A stretch of 9,245 nt of DNA from a virus. Its lineage: Duplodnaviria; Heunggongvirae; Uroviricota; Caudoviricetes. This document shows positions 1 through 6,507 of the stretch, piece by piece. The DNA is taken from the IMG/VR virus record IMGVR_UViG_2675903654_000011; one strand, written 5' to 3'. The notes under the pieces were generated by a model that was not told the origin of the DNA, made no database searches, and saw only the letters and a program-made list of their open reading frames with translations. A program made the position numbers and the translations under genes. Position 1 is the stretch's first letter; each line of letters starts with the position of its first letter.

Positions 1-504
1 ACGATTGAACAACGCGGACCACAAACGGCTGATGAGCTGGCTACATTGTTTGATACCACATCACGCAAAGTGTCTTCAACGCTGGCAATGGCAATCAGCA
101 AAGGTCGTCTGATTCGCGTAAATCAGGGCGGTAAATTTCGTTACTGCATACCGGGCGATAATTTACCAGCAGAGCCGAAAGCAGCATCGGTAGCGGAAAC
201 TGATGGTAAAGCCTTTCCTCAGCCTGCATGTGTTGCGTTACCAGTACAGGAAGCTGCAACACAGGAAGATATTAAAACAGAAACGATGGCGGACATTGTG
301 CAGTCGCTGCCATCGTTTACTGCAACGCGATCTGATGATTTGATTTTGCCATCGCTGCATTTGGCAAACCGCGAACTGCGTCGGGCGAAAAATCATGTCC
401 AGAAGTGGGAGCGTGTCTGCGCCGCGCTGCGTGAGTTGAACAAGCACAGGGATATTGTACGACAGATTACTGATTCTTCCCGCCATGTTGCATCGGAAAA
501 GTGA
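1..504 (+). CDS. Hypothetical prophage protein, 5' end lies outside the window (frame is open from nt 1); possible winged-helix-like segment
   Basis: Frame 1 has no stop from nt 1 to the TGA at 502-504, so the ORF-track start at 46 is only the first in-window Met. The next gene follows immediately with its own RBS. Confidence 0.55.
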   Translation, partial: TIEQRGPQTADELATLFDTTSRKVSSTLAMAISKGRLIRVNQGGKFRYCIPGDNLPAEPKAASVAETDGKAFPQPACVALPVQEAATQEDIKTETMADIVQSLPSFTATRSDDLILPSLHLANRELRRAKNHVQKWERVCAALRELNKHRDIVRQITDSSRHVASEK

Positions 505-519
505 TTGCCGGAGGCGCTT

Positions 520-912
520 ATGGCAAAAGTATTTACACAAGAAGAGCGGGAAGAAGTGAAGGCGCGCATTGTGGAATTCGTGCGCCTGAGCGGACGAGAA
601 ACTTTTCGACAACTGGCAGATAAAACGGGTGTCAGTAAGACCGCTATTCGTCGTTTATCTGGTGCGCTTGCGGCCAGTGGTGATGTCTGGCTCTCTGGTT
701 GCGGGGTATTTCCATCAGAGCAGGCGTATCGCGTATGGCGTAAGACACCGGAGAAGGCTGCTGACCCGACACTGATTCGAAAGTTACCTGACGGAGAAAT
801 ACGTCGTTACAACAGACGGCAGAACATAATTTGTCGTGAGTGCCGCCAGAGCGAAGTTATGCAGCGTGTGCTGGCGTTCTATCGGGGAAACTTTCAGGAG
901 GTGATGTTGTGA
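520..912 (+). CDS. Helix-turn-helix protein of unknown function
   Basis: ATG at 520 sits 5 nt after GGAGG (510-514); the track's TTG at 505 is probably not the real start. The segment ETFRQLADKTGVSKTAIRRL looks like a classic HTH. The stop overlaps the start of the next gene. Confidence 0.6.
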   Translation: MAKVFTQEEREEVKARIVEFVRLSGRETFRQLADKTGVSKTAIRRLSGALAASGDVWLSGCGVFPSEQAYRVWRKTPEKAADPTLIRKLPDGEIRRYNRRQNIICRECRQSEVMQRVLAFYRGNFQEVML

Positions 913-1382
913 GTGAGTCGGCTACCATTCTCGACATGTGCTGTGGCAGTCGCATGTTCTGGTTTGATAAGAATGACGAACGGGCGATATTTAGCGATAT
1001 CAGAAAAGAAGAGCACACATTGTGTGATGGACGACGCCTGATTATCAGTCCTGACCTGATAGCAGATTTTCGAGCATTACCATTTGCAGACGCATCGTTT
1101 CCGGTTGTTGTATTCGACCCTCCGCATCTTGAGCGTGTTGGTGATAACGCCTGGATGGGAAAGAAATATGGACGGCTGAATAAAGATACCTGGCGAGATG
1201 ATTTGCGGCAGGGATTTAAAGAAGCCTTTCGTGTGTTGTGCCCACGCGGCGTTCTGATTTTTAAATGGAATGAAACGCAAATACCTGTTCGCCAGATATT
1301 GGTACTGACCGACAGAAAACCTGTTATCGGTCAACGAACAGGAAAAAACGATAAAACCCACTGGATTATTTTTATGAAATAG
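909..1382 (+). CDS. Small SAM-dependent (DNA) methyltransferase-like protein, probable orphan phage methylase
   Basis: GTG at 909 is preceded by AGGAGGT (895-901) and overlaps the upstream stop (GTGA). The protein carries ILDMCCGS (glycine-rich, motif I-like) and VVFDPPHL (DPPH, a variant of the (D/N/S)PP(Y/F/W/H) catalytic motif of amino-methyltransferases). The track's start at 840 would overlap the upstream gene in another frame and is judged too far upstream. Confidence 0.5.
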   Translation: MSESATILDMCCGSRMFWFDKNDERAIFSDIRKEEHTLCDGRRLIISPDLIADFRALPFADASFPVVVFDPPHLERVGDNAWMGKKYGRLNKDTWRDDLRQGFKEAFRVLCPRGVLIFKWNETQIPVRQILVLTDRKPVIGQRTGKNDKTHWIIFMK

Positions 1383-1630
1383 GCATCCAGTGAGTAGGTT
1401 CGTAAGGTTACAGATGCGTATATCTGAATAATTAAATTCAGTTCTGTAAATAAAATTTAATCCTTAACCGGAGGGATTCCTGCACCCTCAGAACATCAGG
1501 AGACCGCCCGAAAGGGCGGTAATGAAAAATGGCTGAATGAACCAAATGGCTACAAAACACGATTACCGGAATTGAAACGGTAGTAGACGATAAATCGTTT
1601 GTATGTGATGAAATAGTATTCAAAATCGAT

Positions 1631-1996
1631 GTGGTTAAAAACGTACTTACCGCATTTAAAGTCGCGCTGGTATCGCTGGAAGCCGAACCGGTGACATGGC
1701 GATATCGCTACGTGAGAAAAGGCGTTACGAACTTTCAGGAGAAGCCGTGGGTTGGTGACTGGAAATATGTACCGACAAAAGAGGATTGCAACGACAGGCC
1801 GAACTATGAAATTCAGGCGTTATTCACGGCCCAGCCTGTGCCACTGACACCCGAAGGATTGATTAAAGCGGTGCGCTTCTATGAACAGGTTAAGAGTGAA
1901 AATCCGCCAGTCGAAACCGGAGCATGGAAAGACGCTGTTGACTGGGTGCTCAAAGAGGCTTGTCAGGCTGTAAACATTGGCATCAAAGGAGAGTGA
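1631..1996 (+). CDS. Hypothetical prophage protein (121 aa)
   Basis: Long + strand ORF in the gene-dense early region. GTG start has no clear RBS, so the start is uncertain. It shares an N-terminal motif (VALVSLEAEPV) with the next large gene (IALASLEADPV). Confidence 0.45.
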   Translation: MVKNVLTAFKVALVSLEAEPVTWRYRYVRKGVTNFQEKPWVGDWKYVPTKEDCNDRPNYEIQALFTAQPVPLTPEGLIKAVRFYEQVKSENPPVETGAWKDAVDWVLKEACQAVNIGIKGE

Positions 1997-1997
1997 G

Positions 1998-2189
1998 ATG
2001 AACGGACAAATCTCAATTGTTCGACCGGGAGCATGTGACGATTGCGAGATACGAATGATTATTCGTCTGGCGATGGGGAAAACAATAACTGCTCTCATTA
2101 CTCCAGAAAATCTCGCATTAGCATTAACAGGAAAGTCAGACCTGCCAGTAGAGCTAAAGCTGCGAAATGTTGAGATTAAGGTGAAATAG
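1998..2189 (+). CDS. Hypothetical small protein (63 aa)
   Basis: ATG at 1998 is preceded by AAGGAG (1985-1990) and lies 2 nt after the upstream stop; it ends 2 nt before the next ATG, a tightly packed operon arrangement. The ORF track places the start at 1977. Confidence 0.45.
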   Translation: MNGQISIVRPGACDDCEIRMIIRLAMGKTITALITPENLALALTGKSDLPVELKLRNVEIKVK

Positions 2190-2191
2190 CT

Positions 2192-3613
2192 ATGACCACT
2201 ATTACCAAAGAGCGACTGCTGACAATCAAGCAGTGGCGCGAAACATACGGACCTGGTAGCAACGTTGTACTGCCAGCAGAAGAAGCGGAAGAACTGGCAC
2301 GGATTGCACTGGCATCATTGGAAGCAGATCCAGTTAAACGAGTTAACTCAGATCAGATGCACCGAGTCTGCTTAGAAGCTAATCGCTATTTAGATAAATA
2401 TGACGCGATGGCGAAAGAGGTAAATAAGTTGCTTGGACGCATCGCCCCGCCAGCGCCAGTATTTAACGGCGAATACGGTGACGCATATCAGGGCGCTCGT
2501 GAAGACCTGTCCATCTGGAAACGGCGAGCGCTTGAAGCTGATGAGCACGTTCGGCGACTGGAGCAAATCAATGACCACATGGTGAAAGAGGCGCAGGGAG
2601 AATCACGCATGGGCGAGCCTGTAATACGTGAGCCAGCACCGGTAGTGCCTGAAGAAGCAACTCCGGAAAACGTAGAAATGCTCTCTGGCTATGTTTCAAC
2701 GTACAAATTAACCGATAGCGAGCGCGATATTGCTGCCGAAATATGGAACGCCTGCCGCGCCGCCATGCTTCAGTCAGGAAACTTTCGGGAAAACAAGAAT
2801 TCGTCAACCAATAATTTTCGGGAAATCGAGGAAACGTCAACCAACTATCCGGCAATTCCTAGTGAGGTGTTGTCCGCAATCCTGAAGGTTGCCAGGATTC
2901 GTGCCGATTTCGATGATTTTGACGGTGACAGGCGAGGTATCGGTGATTGTCTGGATGAGGCTGAGCAAGAGCTTATCGTTACCATTAACAAATATGCCAG
3001 TCAGTTGGCAGCAGAACCGATAGCGACTAATGACGTTCGAGAGCAGCAGACAGCCGTTCCGCCAGTTCCGGAAATACAGGCTGATGTCGCGCAAGCAATT
3101 GAAAATCTCAAGCAGAAGCTAGTGGAATGTAATCGCTATAACTACTGCGCAGATGCAGTTAAAGGCGTAGAGGATGCCTGCCGTGCTGTTAGCTATAGCC
3201 AAGCCGACAATCAACCAGCATCTGGCAACCAGGCTGCCGAATCCAATCGCGGTAATGAGTGGACCGGCAATCCTGATATTGATAACGCCATCATCATGCT
3301 CGACCGCATAGATACGCTGGAAAATTGCGATGATGACCGTATTGAGGCTGTTAAGGCTGTTTTGCGTAGACTGGCTGGCAACTATCCGGTAACTCCGGAT
3401 GGTTGGATAAGCTGTAGTGAGCGAATGCCGAATACCAAAACAGCCGTTCTTGTTGCCGTGGAGTTTGACAGGAAAGGTGACTGGCGAATGAAATGGGCTA
3501 CTTACATCCCGGGGCATCCTGACGCTAATGATGGGTGGATAATTCCTGGTGCGTCGTGGAAACCGTCACACTGGATGCCGCTACCAGAACCGCCGCAGGA
3601 GGTGCGCCAATGA
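2192..3613 (+). CDS. Prophage protein with C-terminal DUF551-like domain (473 aa), function unknown
   Basis: The C-terminus (DGWISCSERMPNTKTAVLVAV...WKPSHWMPLPEPPQ) matches the recalled W...VLV...HWMPLPEPP signature of DUF551 tails in lambdoid early-region proteins. The central part is acidic and low in complexity. Confidence 0.7.
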   Translation: MTTITKERLLTIKQWRETYGPGSNVVLPAEEAEELARIALASLEADPVKRVNSDQMHRVCLEANRYLDKYDAMAKEVNKLLGRIAPPAPVFNGEYGDAYQGAREDLSIWKRRALEADEHVRRLEQINDHMVKEAQGESRMGEPVIREPAPVVPEEATPENVEMLSGYVSTYKLTDSERDIAAEIWNACRAAMLQSGNFRENKNSSTNNFREIEETSTNYPAIPSEVLSAILKVARIRADFDDFDGDRRGIGDCLDEAEQELIVTINKYASQLAAEPIATNDVREQQTAVPPVPEIQADVAQAIENLKQKLVECNRYNYCADAVKGVEDACRAVSYSQADNQPASGNQAAESNRGNEWTGNPDIDNAIIMLDRIDTLENCDDDRIEAVKAVLRRLAGNYPVTPDGWISCSERMPNTKTAVLVAVEFDRKGDWRMKWATYIPGHPDANDGWIIPGASWKPSHWMPLPEPPQEVRQ

Positions 3614-3693
3614 TCTGGCCTGAAGCCTTTGCAATTACAGGCGTTGCTATAGCTATTGATTTTTTAGTATATGTTATTTGTCGGTGGGGGTAA
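3610..3693 (+). CDS. Candidate small hydrophobic peptide (27 aa: MIWPEAFAITGVAIAIDFLVYVICRWG), not in the ORF track
   Basis: ATG at 3610-3612 overlaps the upstream TGA (ATGA coupling) and follows GGAGGT (3596-3601). The product has a single predicted transmembrane helix. Confidence 0.35.
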   Translation: MIWPEAFAITGVAIAIDFLVYVICRWG

Positions 3694-3728
3694 AAACGTT
3701 CGCCGGGATTCACACCAAAGGAGGGAAT

Positions 3729-3833
3729 ATGTCGGATGATATTTCACTGGCAATGGAAGGTGCGCTGGCTGTTATTGCTGTTGTGGGCGTTTACTGCCTG
3801 GTTGTGTTTTTGATGGATCGACTAGGGAACTGA
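3729..3833 (+). CDS. Candidate small membrane peptide (34 aa: MSDDISLAMEGALAVIAVVGVYCLVVFLMDRLGN), not in the ORF track
   Basis: Strong Shine-Dalgarno AAGGAGGG (3717-3724) lies 4 nt before the ATG. An acidic N-terminus is followed by one hydrophobic helix. A 22-bp perfect palindrome lies just downstream. Confidence 0.45.
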   Translation: MSDDISLAMEGALAVIAVVGVYCLVVFLMDRLGN

Positions 3834-3841
3834 ATTCATTA

Positions 3842-3863
3842 CGATATGGGAATTCCCATATCG
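3842..3863. repeat. 22-bp perfect palindrome CGATATGGGAATTCCCATATCG
   Basis: Read directly from the sequence: the segment equals its own reverse complement. It sits between the small-peptide ORF and the hok leader. Confidence 0.9.
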
Positions 3864-4021
3864 GGTAAAAACGGTTTGCGGTAAAGCGAGAGTTAAGTAG
3901 AATTGCTGCGGGTGCTTGAGGCTATCTGCCTCGGGCATGCCACCGTAAGGCAGACAGAGAAAAGCCCCAGTTAACATTACGCGTCCGGCAAGACGCTTAA
4001 CATTAATCTGAGGCCATATCT

Positions 4022-4234
4022 ATGCTCTACACACGTAGGTTAGCCTCTTACGTGCCGAAAGGCAAGGAGAAGCAGGCTATGAAGCAGCAAAAGGCGATGT
4101 TAATCGCCCTGATCGTCATCTGTTTAACCGTCATAGTGACGGCACTGGTAACGAGGAAAGACCTCTGCGAGGTACGAATCCGAACCGGTCAGACGGAGGT
4201 CGCTGTCTTCGTAGACTACGAATCTGAGAAGTAA
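4022..4234 (+). CDS. mok: mok-like reading frame (in-frame 19-codon N-terminal extension of hok)
   Basis: ATG at 4022 follows GAGG (4011-4014) and reads in frame into hok. The 70-aa versus 51-aa pair matches the chromosomal mokC/hokC arrangement, where both share a stop codon. Confidence 0.5.
   Translation: MLYTRRLASYVPKGKEKQAMKQQKAMLIALIVICLTVIVTALVTRKDLCEVRIRTGQTEVAVFVDYESEK
4079..4234 (+). CDS. hok: Hok/Gef-family type I toxin (51 aa), closest to HokD/HokC as recalled
   Basis: The product MKQQKAMLIALIVICLTVIVTALVTRKDLCEVRIRTGQTEVAVFVDYESEK is near-identical to the recalled HokD (RelF) sequence. AAGGAG lies upstream, and a structured 3' region with a terminator follows. Confidence 0.85.
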   Translation: MKQQKAMLIALIVICLTVIVTALVTRKDLCEVRIRTGQTEVAVFVDYESEK

Positions 4235-4301
4235 GAGACCAGGCGGGGGAGTAATCTCCCGCCACCTCTGATGTGTCAGGCATCCTCAACGCACCCGCAC
4301 T

Positions 4302-4326
4302 AAACCCGCTTCGGCGGGTTTTTTGT
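4302..4326 (+). terminator. Rho-independent terminator of the hok transcript
   Basis: Stem CCCGC (4305-4309), loop TTCG, stem GCGGG (4314-4318), then a T-run (4319-4324). Confidence 0.7.
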
Positions 4327-4509
4327 TGCGTGCTGAATGCGCAGGGTGAAAAATAACCATATATTTGATTATATACACAACAAAAAATAAAAGTCATTGT
4401 ACCTGCACATTAAATAATCAAATATACAGCGTGAAATAAATATTTTTCAGATTAATATTTTTGTCTCTATGTGGATATAACCGTTTGTACTTATAAACTC
4501 GGAGGCATC

Positions 4510-4722
4510 GTGGAAAAAATAAAGAAACTATTTAGTTGCAAATACGCAGTCATACGTCGTGATGACCTGTCAGTTATAGTCGAAATGGATTACTTCCCTG
4601 AAACCCCAAAATCAATGATGTATCGTAATGGTCGAAAGGCAATTTTTTTACCGATGAGGGTAAGTGACATTATGGGAAATGATAAACTGCTGGATGAATT
4701 GCGAGTCAGAGCATCCTGTTAG
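4510..4722 (+). CDS. Hypothetical small protein (about 70 aa)
   Basis: GTG at 4510 sits 4 nt after GGAGG (4501-4505), in the same frame as the track ORF 4471..4722. It is the first gene after an AT-rich intergenic region, so it may lead the operon that ends with the Q-like gene. Confidence 0.4.
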   Translation: MEKIKKLFSCKYAVIRRDDLSVIVEMDYFPETPKSMMYRNGRKAIFLPMRVSDIMGNDKLLDELRVRASC

Positions 4723-4793
4723 TATTGGCATTAATTCTGGTATACTACATAACGGGCTGAACACCCATTCTACTGCGCCAGCGGAGAACTACG

Positions 4794-5393
4794 ATGGCGC
4801 ATATACAACTGGTCAAACAAACCTCTTCCGGATTACTTCTCCCGGCGACACCGGAGAGTTGCGATTTTTTGCATCAAATCAAAATAGGCGAGTGGATACA
4901 CGCAGACTTTAAGCGTGTGCGTAACTACGCATTCCACAAGCGTTTTTTCAAACTCCTGCAACTGGGATTCGATTACTGGACTCCGGTCGGTGGGGCGATC
5001 ACGCCTCGCGAACGAGAACTGCTGTCTGGTTTCGTTGATTACCTGTGCGAATCAGTTGGTCGGGAACACACGCCAGCCCTGAGTGATGCCGCAGAGCAAT
5101 ATCTGAATACAGTTGCGACACGCAGAACCCGGGATACGGCATTGTTAAAGTCGTTTGAGGCTTTTCGCGAGTGGGTAACCATTCAGGCTGGATTTTACAC
5201 CGAACATTTTTATCCGGACGGTAGCCATGGGCGTCGGGCGAAATCCATCGCTTTTGCGAATATGGACGAAACCGAGTTTCAGCAGGTTTATAAATCTGTT
5301 CTGAATGTGCTGTGGAACTGGATTCTGTTCCGTAAATTTTCCTCTCCGGAACAAGTCGAAAATGTGGCCGCGCAGCTGCTGGAGTTTGCGTAA
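4794..5393 (+). CDS. YbcN-like (DUF1367-type) prophage protein (199 aa)
   Basis: ATG at 4794 with GGAGAA upstream. The N-terminus (MAHIQLVKQTSSGLLLPATPESCDF...) resembles recalled YbcN-family proteins. It sits directly upstream of a YbcO-like gene, as in the DLP12/lambdoid nin region. The stop overlaps the next start (TAATG). Confidence 0.6.
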   Translation: MAHIQLVKQTSSGLLLPATPESCDFLHQIKIGEWIHADFKRVRNYAFHKRFFKLLQLGFDYWTPVGGAITPRERELLSGFVDYLCESVGREHTPALSDAAEQYLNTVATRRTRDTALLKSFEAFREWVTIQAGFYTEHFYPDGSHGRRAKSIAFANMDETEFQQVYKSVLNVLWNWILFRKFSSPEQVENVAAQLLEFA

Positions 5394-5683
5394 TGGTGGA
5401 TTTACGTAAAGCGGCGCGGGGGCAGATGTGCACCGTCAGAATTCCTGGCTACTGCAATCACGATCCGGAAACGTCTGTGCTGGCGCATTACCGACTGGCG
5501 GGAACGTGCGGAACAGCGATAAAGCCACACGATATGCAGGCAGCGATTGCCTGTAGCTCGTGCCACGATTTAATCGACGGGCGGGTAAAAACCGGCGATT
5601 ACACCAAAGAAGAATTACGCCTGATGCATGCAGAAGGTGTTTTTCGCACACAAGAAATCTGGAGAAAGGAGGGATATTTATGA
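5393..5683 (+). CDS. ybcO: YbcO-like putative zinc-binding nuclease (96 aa)
   Basis: The product MVDLRKAARGQMCTVRIPGYCNHDPETSVLAHYRLAG...IACSSCHD matches recalled E. coli YbcO in length, cysteine/histidine spacing and N-terminus. The start overlaps the upstream stop. Confidence 0.75.
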   Translation: MVDLRKAARGQMCTVRIPGYCNHDPETSVLAHYRLAGTCGTAIKPHDMQAAIACSSCHDLIDGRVKTGDYTKEELRLMHAEGVFRTQEIWRKEGYL

Positions 5684-6234
5684 TTTACCCAACGAATACA
5701 GGAAAAAGCGGAGAACACCTTCGTCTCACCACGCTGGAAAGTGTCTGGATTCAGGGAAAACTACGTATGTGGGGGCGCTGGTCGTATATTGGCGGCGGTA
5801 AGACGGGAAATATGTTTAACCAGTTGCTGACCTCTAAAAAGCTAACAAAAACGGCAATTAATGAGGCGCTCCGGAGGATGAAAAAAGCAGGTCTGGACAA
5901 ACCTGAACTTGAGGCTTTTTTGCGGGATATGATCAACGGCAAGCAAAAAAGCTGGCTGGTGCATTGTACTGATGCAGAGGCGTTATGCATTGATCGGGTG
6001 ATTAGTGAAGTGCTGGCAGAACACCCAGGATTGATTTGTATCCTCCGGCAAAGATATGAAGGGCGGGGGATGAGTAAGCGCAAAATGGCTGAATTGCTAA
6101 ATGATGCACACCCTGAGTGGTGTTTTCGGACGTGCTGCAGTCGGGTAGATGTATGGCTAAATCTTGCTGAATATATGCTCTATCTGCCGATGCGTGATGC
6201 ATTCTCTTCCGGGTATTTAAAAACTGTCTGTTGA
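5680..6234 (+). CDS. Q: Probable late-gene antiterminator Q (Q21/Q82-like), about 184 aa
   Basis: ATG at 5680 follows AGGAGG and overlaps the ybcO-like stop (ATGA). It is the last gene before a PR'-like promoter and a terminator roughly 80 nt downstream, and the downstream lysis gene is S21-type. The call rests on context and on a motif (LESVWIQGKLRMWGRWSY) that is recalled only loosely; the family is not confirmed. Confidence 0.5.
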   Translation: MIYPTNTGKSGEHLRLTTLESVWIQGKLRMWGRWSYIGGGKTGNMFNQLLTSKKLTKTAINEALRRMKKAGLDKPELEAFLRDMINGKQKSWLVHCTDAEALCIDRVISEVLAEHPGLICILRQRYEGRGMSKRKMAELLNDAHPEWCFRTCCSRVDVWLNLAEYMLYLPMRDAFSSGYLKTVC

Positions 6235-6260
6235 CTCAATCTGTTATCCGGGGCTATATT
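6231..6260 (+). promoter_or_regulatory. PR'-like late promoter (-35 TTGACT, 18-bp spacer, -10 TATATT)
   Basis: TTGACT at 6231-6236 overlaps the Q-like stop codon; TATATT at 6255-6260. The layout parallels lambda PR' (TTGACT/TAAATT) lying immediately after Q. Confidence 0.5.
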
Positions 6261-6322
6261 CCTCACGCGCCAGCAAAATCTGGCGTCGGGATTAGGAACC
6301 CCGGATAGAGACCGCGACAGAC

Positions 6323-6345
6323 ACACGCCGCGAGCGTGTTTTTTA
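6323..6345 (+). terminator. tR'-like rho-independent terminator
   Basis: ACACGC (6323-6328), loop CGCGA, GCGTGT (6334-6339), then TTTTTT (6340-6345). Confidence 0.65.
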
Positions 6346-6507
6346 TTGTCGTATGCACGCGCACATCTGAATTATGGTGGGGCGTATGGGGGAGCTGAAA
6401 AGCTCGCCGGTTGGTTTCCCGGTAGTTCCTAACCCTGTACGTCTCACCACCCGATGATTAGGAACCTGACGGTGGTGATGGTTTAGAAACCACCAGAGGG
6501 CGTCATT

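Noticed and set aside
840-908. Upstream extension of the methyltransferase-like ORF (track start at 840), and TTG 505 and GTG 4471 as starts of their ORFs
   Set aside because: Better starts with Shine-Dalgarno sequences exist downstream (GTG 909, ATG 520, GTG 4510). The extensions would overlap upstream genes or lack an RBS.
1438-1623. Minus-strand 61-aa ORF in the intergenic region after the methyltransferase gene
   Set aside because: No Shine-Dalgarno sequence upstream of its ATG and an odd composition. The region is better explained as structured AT-rich intergenic DNA; it is kept only as a possible sRNA region in the findings.
3960-4066. Explicit sok antisense RNA feature with coordinates
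   Set aside because: A Sok-type RNA is expected from established hok/sok biology, but the minus-strand promoter is weak and no clean terminator could be identified by eye. It is reported as a hypothesis in the findings only.
4664-4912. + strand 82-aa ORF overlapping the start of the YbcN-like gene
   Set aside because: It is in a different frame and overlaps a gene with a good RBS and family resemblance. Most likely spurious.
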